Source: Octopus bimaculoides (Eukaryota). Taken from it: 64,000 nucleotides of DNA. Location of the stretch: positions 157,276,448 to 157,340,447 of the forward strand of contig NC_068981.1 in NCBI RefSeq assembly GCF_001194135.2. The letters are read 5' to 3'. Position numbers and translations under genes: made by a program. Positions 13,185-25,641 of this stretch are shown here, piece after piece (position 1 is the first letter of the stretch; each line of letters starts with the position of its first letter). The notes below the pieces were generated by a model. That model was not told the DNA's origin. It ran no database searches and saw nothing but the letters and a program-made list of their open reading frames with translations.

Positions 13185-13480
13185 TTTACAACTACAAACA
13201 TATTCTCTTATAATAACATTATACTTACATAAGAGATAGTTCACAATCCCAAATGTATACTACTAAACTAACACTATACTTACAAAACTGTAAGCATATT
13301 GAGTCATACTAAAACTATACTTAACAGTATACATTACAACTACAAACACATAATCTTAACTAATACTGTACTTACTCAAAAACCAGCATACCAACACAAT
13401 CACATCCTCTTGTACTAACACTGTACTTACACAATTTAGTTGATATTATGCAATCACAAACATAACTATGCCAAAAGTCT
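13185..13480. repeat. Degenerate ~50-bp tandem repeat
   Basis: TAACACTRTACTTACA-like core at 13214, 13269, 13310, 13361, 13416, interleaved with ACAA(C/T)(T/C)ACAAACA. Confidence 0.65.
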
Positions 13481-14111
13481 CCAAACATACATGTAACATG
13501 CTTTCAATTGAACAACATTGTACCTACATCACTACTAACACATCAAGAATCAGAAAATTTCTGAACATAAATGAACAAAGCAGCAGAGTTTGATAGTAAT
13601 GTGAAGAGGAGTGAGTGATGAAAAGAGGTGACTGGCAATCTGCTAAAGAAATGAAGATACATGACGTAAGAAATAAAATGCGAGAAAATAAACAAAAACA
13701 AACTGTTATTTACAAGAACTTCTTTATTAACTCAATAAATTGCTTTCCATATCCCCCCTACCAATTCAAATATTATTTATTTATAGTTTCTTCATAAAAA
13801 CGAAGATAATTCTCGTGCCAAGTTAAAGTCTCCTGACCTTGAACTGCAAAGCTTGACCCTGTCTCCCAATGGAAAAAAAAAAAAAAATTAAATAAATAAA
13901 ACTCTTCAAAAAAAAGGGAAGGGAGATGACTTGAAGGGTAAAACAAGTAGATAACTCACTGATATGCTAAGTAGAGTATTTGGTTGTTATGTGGTTGTCA
14001 TGATCACAACAATCTTACTCATGTAAGCAGGAATGATCAGAGGTCAGAAAACTAAATAAAAAAAAAAAAAATTAAAAAAATATTACAGGAAACAATAAAT
14101 TCTACGCTTTG

Positions 14112-14252
14112 TTAAAAAGTAAACGAACTCAGTATGAACAGTCGGTTTTCCTCTTTTTTGATCCAGCGCAGAAGTTTATTAATGGCTTGTATTGCAATTG
14201 TTTTCGTTACAAGTGGTCCAAAAACTGCATATAACTCAAATCCTTGAGTGAT
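14112..14252 (-). CDS. MON1: MON1 exon 7 (terminal)
   Basis: TTTTTCCAG|ATC acceptor; ITQGFELYAVFGPLVTKTIAIQAINKLLRWIKKEENRLFILSSFTF*, matching the MON1 C-terminus. Total CDS 1977 nt = 658 aa + stop. Confidence 0.95.
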   Translation of the reverse strand: MTQGFELYAVFGPLVTKTIAIQAINKLLRWIKKEENRLFILSSFTF

Positions 14253-17200
14253 CTGGAAAAAAAAGGAACAAAATAAAGAATGAACTCCACAACATCATAA
14301 GAAATATAAATTAAAAAACAAAAAATAGTCTGTTACTATAGTTTGAAGGGTAATAGCAGTTAACTTGTATAGATCTGCTGTCATTGTAACTGGTCAAACA
14401 CTTGATAGCAAGATATAGGTTGAGTATTGTTAATGTGTGTCATTTTTGAAATCTCAACTGTGACTGCATTGTATTCCCTAACAGGCAACGTTTGATTGCA
14501 CAGAGTCAAAATACATTTGAATAGACTGTTGTTTTTCGACCGCAGGTTATTTTTGATTGAGTAGTACTATGGTAAATAAGATGCAATCAACCGGTCTCTT
14601 CTTTCAGATAGGCACAGGCATAACTGTATGGTAAGAAGCTTGCTTCCCAACCTCATGGTTCTAGGTTCAATCCCACTGAGTGCCATCTTGGGCAAGTGTC
14701 TTCAGCTATAGCTTCAGGCTGACCAAAGCCTTGTGAGTGGATTTAGTAGACAGAAACTGAAAGAAGCTTGTTGTATGTGTGTGTATGTGTGTGTGTGTGT
14801 GTATCTTTGTGTCTGTGTTTGTCCCCACCACCACCACCACCACTTGAGAACTGGTGTTGGTGTGTTTATATCTCAGTAACTTAGTAGTACAGCAAAAGAG
14901 ACCAATAGAATAAGTACCAGGCTTAAAAAAATAAATATATGGGGTCGATTCACTTGACTAAAATTCTTCAAAGTGGTACCCCCGGATGGCCACAGTCTAA
15001 TGACTAAAACAAGCAAAAGGTAAAGATAGACCATGCCACTGTTTAGCTGAGAACCACATTACACATTCTAACATGCAATGATGCATTATATGGGGCAACA
15101 GTGTGACGTATTCTCTTCACTATCTAGTTAATATCTGTATGGCAATTGTTGTTTTTGTTTAGTTACAGGTTATTCCTGAACAAAAAAAATCTATGATTCC
15201 AATTGTGACCCTCCTGTACTTTTCTATACCAGGAATATATCCTTTATTTGTGATAATATAGTATGATTTGAGCAAAATTTGGCTGCTATTTCAAGCAGAT
15301 CAGTCAAACATGCAAAGACTCCAGTTTTTGGTTGTGGTTGTTCTTTAGGATGAATCATCCTATTTACAGTTGCTCAACAAACTATAACTAGCAGCCCGCT
15401 TTCCTTCAAATGTCTTAAAAATGGATTATGAGGGGCCTACTATATAAATGTGGACACATAGTGTAGAATGTAGAGCTACGGAGTAGACTGTGTTAGATGC
15501 AGAGTGGTAGAATAGCAGCCATAGTATGTTGTATTCAGATATCTGACAAATTTAAGAATTTCTTCAGCAGCTCATGTGAAAAAGGACAAGGTTGATTTCT
15601 TTCTCTCTTCATAAGCAAAACTCTGACAATTCATGATTTTTCACAGGAAAGATACAGTGGTTTCCATTGCTTTCTGATTGTTTATTCACTGTTTATTCTG
15701 CTAGTCTCCTGCTATTCTGTGCTAACTCTTGAAGCAAAGAACTTATGTAAACCTTTAGGCAGGTGGATTGGATCACATAATATCAGGAGTTGTCACACAA
15801 AAGTAAGCTCACATAATACACGTCTAACAACTAGCCCTTCCCTTAGTCTTGTATGCTTTAGCCACAGAACTGTTTGTTTGCTATTTTATCCATAACTGAG
15901 GATCTTGTTATGTACTACCATATTAGGCCAGAGAAGACTCGGGAATAGTGGTAACTAAGGAGAAACTCCAAATTCTTGGAGTCTTACTGCCAGATGCAGT
16001 CTAATGTCTCTTCAGGTAAACAAGATTAGTTACTTTAAAAACCTAGCATAGCATGATTTGGGAAAGGAAATCTATTTTATGACCATCTCATGATGTTGTT
16101 TTTGTTTATAAGATCAGATACAAGATACAATGGGTTAAGAATTGCATCAAAAATCATTGCAGTCTGTTGCTAATACAGGTATAATGTACTGTCTAGTCCA
16201 AAGTTAGTCCTGATCCAGTAGACCTATAATCAAATGAGTTCTGGTCATGATGTCTTTTTCAGATATAGTGAATTCAGAACATTAACCAATGTGTTCTTCC
16301 TTTCTTTTTCTTTAAACAAAAGTAGAGTGTGAGCAACGGGAAATTTAGCTGCTATTCCTAGTAAGAAGTGTGACAATTTTGTGGCATCTTCCTTTGCTGA
16401 AATTGTATCTGTGCTGCTGTTTAGCCCCAGGTAAAGCCTGATAGAGTAGACCTATGATCAAAGGCTCCAGTTAAGAACATAATGTCATTTGTAAAGTAAA
16501 GATTGATTACATTATCCATTGTCTACTCACTTTACGATGACAGTAAGATCTAAAGGAATTTCGCTGTTTTTCTAGTAGGAGGATCACTTGTTGGCTCAAA
16601 TACATAAATACCATTGTTGTTTGGCTCCAGATAAGCCCTAAATGAGTAGACCTATCATTAAAAGTATTTCAGTGATGACCACCTAATCTTAGGGGTATGA
16701 AAGATTACACTATTTAAGGTGTTGTTTCCTTATTCAAGAGAGCGATAGAGGTGAGATTTAAGAGCAATTTAGTTACTATAATTTTAGTAGGTTGACTAAC
16801 CACTTACAGGCTCCTCGTTGGCTTGGTGAGCAGGAGGTAGTCGTTTGATAAAGAGTGTTTCATCAACAATATTACTGTCATAGGTCTGCTAGAGTAGAAC
16901 AGGCCAGGTTACCAAACAGCAACATCAACATGTTTATAGGGTTGATATTTTGTCCAACTTATTTCATTTAATAAACGAAAGTTTATCAATGTTTATCACC
17001 ACTAGTTTCCTCTAATTTTTTAAAAAATTGATTGCATTTCAGAAATGGATAATTTTCCTACCATCACCTAGTTTAACACACTGTGTCAAAAATATAATAG
17101 TGCTACCAGCAGTAAATGAAATTGCTTGTCTAGACTCTATAAGGCTTATACATTCCATTGTATGTTGGAATATTTTGAAGTAACTCACAAATCACCTTCA

Positions 17201-17799
17201 GAATAGTTTGTTACATTTTTATTTAGGAGCAAAAGTAAAAATATTAATGATAGACAGCTTAAAAATGCTGCATCAAAATAAACAGTAGAGAAATAGAAAT
17301 AAAATGAGTAAATTTTTGGAGAAACTGAGAATTTAAGAGAGAAAGATTGGAGTGGGCAGAGTATAAGATTTGATGAAGAGGCATGGTTTTATCATTCGTT
17401 TCCAAAATTCTGTGAAAATATGTCTGTCCACGGAGAAATATTATCTTGTTTGAAAATAGGTGAGGGTTGGCAACAGGAAGAGCATCTGTGTGTAGAATAG
17501 CTGCCTTAGTAAACTCAGTTGAACCCATGCAAGCATGGAAAAGGACGTTAAAATGACAATGTTTTTCAATCTGTTTACAATGATGTCATTCCAAAATCAT
17601 ATATCTTAATCTGTATTAACGCTAGTTAGGCTTTCAGGAATTTATTTGTACATTAAGACTGTAGCTGAACGTAAGAGTAAAAAAAAAACTGAATATGAAA
17701 GAATAATTAATAAATTAAAGTAATATACATGAAAAAAAGCAAAAAAGCATTCTTTTCGAGCTTATTGTGAGAGTAAACGATGCAAGGGAAATAACTCAC

Positions 17800-18081
17800 C
17801 CAACCAATAAGAGTTTCGTGTGCGCCCACGTGATACAGAAGTTTCAATGGTCTACTGCTACTGTGAATTCTGTGATGGAGATACTGGTAGAGACCAAACA
17901 GACGGTCCTGTTCTTCCTGACTGAGATATGGAGCTTCCAGCTCAGGGCTGGTATATTGTGCTGAGTTGCGAGACTTGTATAGGAAATGACGTAAGCCTGA
18001 GATAGCACACTGTTTGATGCTGTAACTGTTTCTTGATAGTGAATCACTGATGGCTTGCAGACAGTTGGACTTTTGTAGTTT
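17800..18081 (-). CDS. MON1: MON1 exon 6 (not in ORF track)
   Basis: Manual translation: KLQKSNCLQAISDSL...GLRHFLYKSRNSAQYTSPELEAPY...RLFGLYQYLHHRIHSSSRPLKLLYHVGAHETLIGW; CTACAG| acceptor, TGG|GTGAGT donor. Confidence 0.95.
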
Positions 18082-18082
18082 C

Positions 18083-18565
18083 TGTAGATAAATTAGATGT
18101 AAACAACTGAATCAACAGCTAATACAGCAACAATAGTAAAAATATATTATTTTAAAACTTTATTCTTCCAATGCTATTTTACAATATTTTTACAAATAGA
18201 TGTCTTTATAACAGCTCCGCACTATGTGGCAAAATGTAATTTAAGCCTGCTTAAATATGCAACAGAAAAGTTTGAATTTACAGATATATGGCCAGTACAT
18301 CACTTTAAATTTACTATTTATATATTTTTTTTTTGTAGATAAATCAGACGTAAGCAACTGAATCAACAGCAATAACAGTAAAAGTATATTATTTTTAAAC
18401 TTTATTTTTCCAATGCTATTCTTGAATATGTTTACAAATAGAGGGTCTTTGTTAAAACTACCCACCATGTGGTAAAATGGAATTTAAGCTTACTTAATTT
18501 GAAATAGAAATGTTTGAATTCACAGATATATGATCAGTGCAACATTTTGAATTTACTACTCATAT
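18083..18565. repeat. Diverged 251-bp tandem duplication filling MON1 intron 5
   Basis: 18083-18315 aligns to 18334-18565 (TGTAGATAAAT...AACTGAATCAACAGC...CCAATGCTATT...ACAGATATATG). Confidence 0.85.
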
Positions 18566-18633
18566 TTTATTCACATGGCTTCAAAGGTAATTATGACATC
18601 TCAAACAGCTGAGCAACATAAATCATAACTTAC

Positions 18634-18754
18634 CTGCTTAATCTTGCTTTTACAATCTGATAAAGTGAAGAAAGAATCTCTGTCTACAGTCAGTAAAAAT
18701 AGACAGGTTTGGCAGCTTTCATCCAGGTAGGAGACGTGTGCTTGCAGAAAACCA
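18634..18754 (-). CDS. MON1: MON1 exon 5
   Basis: CTGTAG|T acceptor; (S)GFLQAHVSYLDESCQTCLFLLTVDRDSFFTLSDCKSKIKQ; CAG|GTAAGT donor. Confidence 0.95.
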
Positions 18755-20141
18755 CTACAGTAGGAAACAAGATACATGCTTGTTAAAGTAGACAATTAGA
18801 AAAGAAGTTGAATTTTACAGGGCTGTAAGCAATAACCAAAACCAGGATTTGAGTGAAGAAAGTATTATTGGATAGCCCTTAATAGATGAAGTTAATTAAT
18901 TACATATTAGTGTGAAACCCGACGGTCTAGTGCAATGTTTCTCAAGATGGTGCATGGCAATATTTTACTTGGCATGTGACTTTAGAATGTGGCTTAAGTA
19001 AGTAACAAGTGAATACAACTTGCAATAAAGTTTTAATTCTTTTGATATACTTCATTCATGGTGAAGTTGCACATTTAAAAAAAAAAATAAAAGTGAGGCA
19101 TGGAATACAAAGGTTGAGAAATACTGGTCTAGTGCTTCTGATATGTAATATTTCACTCAAGAAAGGCAGTGAACTGGTAGAAATTCTAGCATGCCAGGCA
19201 AAATGCTAAGCAGAATCTTGTCCATCTTTATGTTTTGAGTTCAAATTCCACCAAGGTTGACTTTGCCTTCCATCCTTTCGGGGTTGATAAAATATACCAG
19301 TTGATCCCTGATGGGGGTGGGTATGTAATCGACTTACTCCACCACCCAGAATTGCTGGCCTTGTGCCAAAATTTGGAACTAATATTTCACTGAAGAGCCA
19401 ATGAGGGAACCTCTACAACACAGTTCCTCGAAACTACTTTTACTTGTGGCCTACTTTAGGACAAGTTAAAGTAGGTTGGGATGCTTGATGTATAAAATAA
19501 AACATTAAATGATGTTTAGATATCTAAGCTTCATCATCATCATCATCGTTTAACGTCCGCTTTCCATGCTAGCATGGGTTGGACGATTTGATTGAGGACT
19601 GGTGAACCAGGTGGTCACACCAGGCTCCAATCTGATTTGGCAGAGTTTCTACAGCTGGATGCCCTTCCTAACACCAACCATTTAAACAACAGAAAATTAT
19701 TAAGTACTTATTTCTTCAGTCAATAAATGAAACAGAGTTATCAAAGACCTCATAGTTTGAATTTCAATTGCATTTTCCACATATTCAAATACATTTTTGC
19801 AGCACACATAGGTATGCCTAGCAGTACACTAGTATGCTCTGTTGCACTATTTTAGAACCAGGGCTCTGTGCAGTTGATCAATTTGCAAGAAACAGTAGCT
19901 ACATTCCCCTTAAACCATACACTACCACCTTAAAAGAAAGGACACATTAAATAATGTAGTCCTGGATTTACAAAAGCAAAAAAAGAAAAAGTGCAGGCAT
20001 GACTGGATGGTTAAGAAGCTTGCTTCCCAACCATTTGGCTTCAGGTTCATTCTCACTGCACAACACAGCACCTCAGGTAAGAATCTTCTACTAAGAATTG
20101 TGAGTAGATTTGGTAGACAGAAACTAAAAGAAGCTCATTTA

Positions 20142-21476
20142 TCTCTCTATATATAAAAATGAGAATGTTTGTCTGTGTGTGTCTGGCTGTAGGAATCCCT
20201 AAAACTCGAGAACTACCTAACCGATTTTGTTAAAATTTTATATATGCCTTACTTACGGTCCATGCAGGGTCATGGGCCAAAAAAATTTTCAACTTCTTGC
20301 CTAATGCGAGCCCAGAGCAATATCTTATCTCTTACACTATTTCAGTATTACGTGTCAAAAGTGAAACAATAACATCTCTCTATTGCAATGTGAGATACTT
20401 TCACTATTAAAGTGAAACTATTACCTCACATATATATATACATGCATACATACATACATACATATTCGTCATAAGCACTCTACCCCTTCTACTAATAACT
20501 GTTGGGAACCCTTTCAGACCTGCCTTACATTCGAACCAGAATCTCAAAAACATTGTCCCCTTACATCTCGTTCTCAATTCATTCCCACGACAGGGAAATA
20601 AAACTTACTTCTCACAACAGGACAATGGAAGATGGTAATAAACATTAACCACATGCTACCTTGTCAAATGAAATATATTGTCATCCACAATATATGCACA
20701 AGACATTTTGACACTTGGTGATGGCAAGGTGCCTCTCGATGCTGCAGGAGAAATGGAAGTGTGGCCATTTTTCTCTGTTGTTAATTCTGTGGATGAGCTC
20801 AAACACAAAGTCTTTCATAACTTCACAGAAAACTACCAAAATCACAATTGGCTGTGTGAAAGAGCAATATTAGCTCCAAAAAACGTTGCTGTTAAAAAAA
20901 TAAATCAACAGCTAATGCATTCTCTTCCCAGCACTCTTCACACTTACAAGTCTGTTGATACAGTTCCAGATAAAAATGAAGTGGTGAACTATCCTCCTGA
21001 ATTTCTCAATTCGTTGGAGCCTCCTGGACTACCTCCCGACATTTCAGCACTTGAAGTTGGAACTCCGGTAATGCTACTCCACAATCTGGAACAACCAAGA
21101 CTTTGCAATGGAACACAACTGGTGAAAAAGAAAATGATGTCACAAGTTATCGAGGCTATCATTCTTTCTGGATGTGGAAAAAATGATGACATCTTCATTC
21201 CAAAAATTCCTCTTACTCCATCAGGAGCAGAAATTTCATTTATGTTCAGAAGACTGCAATCCCCGCTTCACGTCAGTTTTGCCATGTCCATTAACAAATC
21301 TCAGGGTCAAACCCTCTCTGTGGCTGGTCTTCTCTTGAAAGAGCTCTGCTTCTCGCATGGACCACTGTATGTTGGCTGCTCAAGAGTGGGAAGCAAGAAA
21401 AACCTCTTTACATATGCTCCACAAGGAAAAACAAGGAACGTTGTTTACAACAAGGTGTTATAATCACAGCAGCTAG
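20142..21476 (+). mobile_element. Helitron fragment with an open 261-aa PIF1-type helicase C-terminus (20678-21463)
   Basis: Same A|TCTCTCTATATATAAAAATGAG left end as at 5930; ERAILAPKN, LCNGT, SFAMSINKSQGQTL and FSHGPLYVGCSRV motifs; CTAG at 21473 lacks a hairpin, so the right end is uncertain. Confidence 0.88.
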
Positions 21477-21583
21477 GATATATGTACATGATCACCTTTT
21501 TTTTTACCAAACTTCATGTACTTTCATGTATTTATATTGATATACATATATGTGTGTGTTTGTGTGTGTATCAATATATATAT

Positions 21584-21954
21584 GTGGAGGCGCAATGGCC
21601 CAGTGGTTAGGGCAGCGGACTCGTGGTTTCGATTCCCAGACTGGGCGTTGTGAATGTTTATTGAGCGAAAACACCTAAAGCTCCACGAGGTTCCGGCAGG
21701 GGATGGTGGCGAACCCTGCTGTACTCTTTCACCACAACTTCCTCTCACTCTTACTTCCTGTTTCTGTTGTGCCTGTAATTCAAAGGGTCAGCCTTGTCAC
21801 ACTGTGTCACGCTGAATATCCCCGAGAACTACGTTAAGGGTACATGTGTCTGTGGAGTGCTCAGCCACTTGCACGTTAATTTCACGAGCAGGCTGTTCCG
21901 TTGATCGGATCAACTGGAACCCTTGACGCCGTAAGCGATGGAGTGCCAACAACA

Positions 21955-21966
<12 letters not shown>
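21584..21966 (+). mobile_element. SINE family A copy
   Basis: GTGGAGGCGCAATGGCCCAGTGG head through GTGCC(AAC)n tail. Confidence 0.85.
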
Positions 21967-21985
<19 letters not shown>

Positions 21986-22492
21986 CTACATTGCTTGCCA
22001 ACTAATGTTGGTATGTTTACGTCCCCATAAATTAGTAGCTTCATAAAAGTGACCAATAGAATGAGTACTTGGGATTAATTTGTTTGACTAAAGGCAATGC
22101 TCTAGTAACGCCACAGTAAAAGACAAGAATAAACAAATATTTCACTCCTGAGCAACGCCGTGTGTGTTTATCCACTCTTATCTTGACATCACATGATGGC
22201 TCAGGAGAAACATTACCTTGCAAGGATGGTAGCCGAGCTGGAGCACCGCCTCAAAGGGTTTTAGTCAAACAAATTGCTCCTTGTGTTTATTTCTTAATAC
22301 CTAGTATTTATTCTATAGGTTCCTTTTGCTGAACCACTAGGTGAAGGGGACTTGACAAACAAACACACACACACATATAATCAAAGGGCGTCTTCCAGTT
22401 TCTCTGTCTGCCAAATCTATGCAGAAGGCTTTGGTTGGCCTGGGGATGAAGTGAAGAACAGAGAGCAAAGAAAATGACAAAGTTAGAAATAC

Positions 22493-22668
22493 CTTGAATC
22501 AAATTTGGGTAGACATATTGGTGTCCATGATTCCGCTGCCTTGAAAGACTCTGATGCATTGACAAGGTTAATAATAAGATGGAGATCCACTGGATGTAGG
22601 AAGTATTTTTTCATTCGGACTAATGTTACTAACTGACTGCTGGCAATGATAAGGGCAAAAACTAGATC
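22493..22668 (-). CDS. MON1: MON1 exon 4
   Basis: TTTGCAG|GAT acceptor; DLVFALII...FLHPVDLHLIINLV...ESWTPICLPKFDS; AG|GTATTT donor, phase 2. Confidence 0.96.
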
Positions 22669-22955
22669 CTGCAAACAGAAGTTGAAGTGGTTAGTTTTTA
22701 GAACAGTAAGTATTCAGTGAATTTTATGTTATTATTTCAGGGAAGGTAACTTTGCTGTCAAAACGGTGAAGACGTTTAAAGAATAAAACTGGTGTTCATT
22801 TAAAAGCTGTTGAAGGAAATAAACATTGGGAACAGAAGAAAAAAAAAAAAAACATATGCAATTAGGTTATTAAATTAAGGGCTGTTTTCAAGAATTACCA
22901 GTGTTTAACACTAATTATAAACATTTTGTCAGTAATGCAAGTTATATAACATATA

Positions 22956-23172
22956 CGAGGGGGTGCTGAAAAGTTCTTGGCTATTGGTAAAAGAAAATAC
23001 AGGAGGATTAGTTAATTATGATTTTATTCAACATATTCCTCTCTCAGATTCACACACTTATTGCAGTGGTCCGTCTATCTTTCTAAGCCCTGTAAAAGAA
23101 CTCAGAAGATTGGGCCTCTAATCAGGCTTTTCATGATATCCCTAAAGCCAGGAGCTTTTCAGCACCCTCTTG
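22956..23172. mobile_element. Mariner-derived MITE (217 bp)
   Basis: TA|CGAGGGGGTGCTGAAAAGTTCTTGGCT ... AGCCAGGAGCTTTTCAGCACCCTCTTG|TA: TIRs and TA target duplication. Confidence 0.85.
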
Positions 23173-23359
23173 TATATAAAACAAAACAATAAATGACCAT
23201 ATCGTAATGTATAAAGACATATGAACTTCATTATGAATACATTTTATTTGCAATGTGCACCTAATGTACCTGTAATCTACACATATTGTGCATGAACACA
23301 TTATACATGTAATATTTATGTCATTATTGGCGTTAGGAAGGGTACTTGGTGTCAACGGC

Positions 23360-24273
23360 AGTTCCAGAAATTCCAAGCTGGAAGCTACAGCCTAGAAGAT
23401 GACCTTTGTCCTGGAAGATCTGTAGAGCTCAACAAGGACGTCCTACAAACCCTGGTGGAACAAAACCCCATTGTAACAGAGAAGCTTGGATTTGGTCATT
23501 TAACCATTCATCAACACCTGCATGCCATTGGGAAAGTCAGCAAATTGGATCAATGCTTTCCTCACAAACTTTCTGAGTCTAATTGCACACAGAGAGTGAA
23601 TGTGTACTCTTCTTTGCTGCAATGTCTCATGAATGAACCTTTTTTGGACTGAATAGTAACTGGTGATGAGGAAAGGGTTCTCTATAAAAATGTAAAGTGC
23701 CGAAGACAGTGGGTGGGGAAAGGAGAAACACCAGCACCCAAGGCAAAAGAATGTTTTCACCCATGTAAGGTGTTGTTATCTGTTTGGTGGGATATAAAAG
23801 GTTTAGTCCACTTTGAACTTTTAGGCCCAAACCAAACAGTAGCAAAAACTTTAGAAGGAAAATGACTTCTTTGGTTTCAAGATGAAAGGTGTTCTTCCAT
23901 CAGGATAATGGTCAGTCACATACAGCAAGGATGACATTCCAAAGGCTAGAGCAGTTTGAATGGGAAATGATGCCCCCACCCACCATATTTGCCAGACATT
24001 GCTCCATCTTATTATCATTTATTCTGCAGTCTTCAAAATCATTAGGACAGAAAAAATATGAATTCTGTAGATGAGGTCAGAACAGTTGTGGAGGAGTATT
24101 TTTCATCATGGACAAGTGAACTTTGGAAAAGGGGCCTTGCAAGTCTACCAGATAGATGGAGGAGCATTGTAGAAAGTGAAGGAGAGTATATTTTAGATTA
24201 TAAAAAGAACTTTGTTTATCTTAATTTTGAAAAATAAAAGAAGTGTAAAAAAACCGCATTATTTATGGGATGA

Positions 24274-24278
<5 letters not shown>
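23360..24278 (+). mobile_element. Mariner (DD34D) transposase relic with right TIR
   Basis: FLD*IVTGDE, KVLLSVWWD, FHQDNG and a frameshifted HPPYSPD-like motif; ends ...TTATGGGATGACCAA followed by (TA)n. Confidence 0.88.
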
Positions 24279-24309
<31 letters not shown>

Positions 24310-25199
24310 TACATCATGTAAATGAATATAAGGGTGACGGTGAATAAGTTCTTCTTGTTTCAATAGCATCTCATAATGGTAGGTAAAGTAACTGTGATGC
24401 AACCCAAGGGCAACCAAAATTGAGTTTATGAACAAATAAATCTAAGTGTCCTGTCCAACAGTTTGGTATCCTGCTGTGTTAAGTTGACCATGAACAAATG
24501 ATTTCCTTTGAAGTAGAATGCTTACACGCATAAGAGATAAGGAATTCTTCCAGTCTATAAATTTACATTACAATCTTAGAACGATCATCGATCTTCTTTG
24601 TAAAAGTCAAGACATGTCTATGTTAAAGAATGGAGTGCTTGAGTGGTTTGTTTATTTCATATTTTGTTTTCTTTTACTTCCATTAATTTATTTTGGACAG
24701 TTTATTTATTTTATACTTTATATTTTTGATTTTTATTTCTATTATTTTTATTTTGGGTATTTTTTTAATATTTTGTATCTCATTGTATTTCTGTGTTGCC
24801 CTTTGTCAATGGAGGGTCGGTAGTTTCATAAGAATGTGAGGGGAGAGTAATAGCTGGTTAAGGATGTGATTAGAGGTGGGTGAGAATGACTAGATATGTG
24901 AGGTGTTAAGATGGAATATAGCAGAGAAGTGATATCAAAAGGCACAATGAAGAGCTGTTTGGCGAGAATAGTAAGAGAAGGGAAGGGAGGATAATGAGAA
25001 TAAAGGACAGAAGATTCCAAAGTGAGGAAGTGACTAGTATTGCATTAAAAATGACAAGAGAGAAATTAACTAATAACATAATGCAAACATCAACAAACAA
25101 ACAAAATTGTGAGATGAAATTAACAAAGTGAAATAAGCTTTAGTGTTTCAATTCTGATGTTGTGATGAAAGGAGGAAGAGGAGTAGCAGTAAACATTAC

Positions 25200-25641
25200 C
25201 TTCACTTTACAATGCTGCACAATGGCCTGAGCTATAGTATCACGAATTGATCCTTCGAGGGGCAGACATCGGACAGCCCCGAGTAAGAAACCAGGCTCAC
25301 TGTCCATCATATTGAGTAAATTGTCGATAAATTTCTCAGCACCACTAAGAAGACGCCGGAGGTCAAAGTTGTGTCGCTGTTTGAAGATCTTGGCCAATTG
25401 ACTGAGAGTAAGGACACTGATGATCTGATTGTAGACGTAGGACAGTTGCAGGAGTAGCTGGTGGGTGGAATCAGGACCACGAGAGACACCAACTAGAAAG
25501 AGGTGTTCTCGAAGAAGGAAGACAAATCGATGATCTCCAGCTACGATACATCGGATGCTGTCCTTCTCAGAGTTTGTAACAAATGAAACCAAAGCTTGCA
25601 TGACTCCCATCAAAGTAACTAGATTATCTTCATTGCCAAAT
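25200..25641 (-). CDS. MON1: MON1 exon 3
   Basis: CTTTGCAG|A completes Arg codon; FGNEDNLVTLMGVMQALVSFV...NFDLRRLLSGAEKF...RCLPL; AAG|GTAATG donor. Confidence 0.97.
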
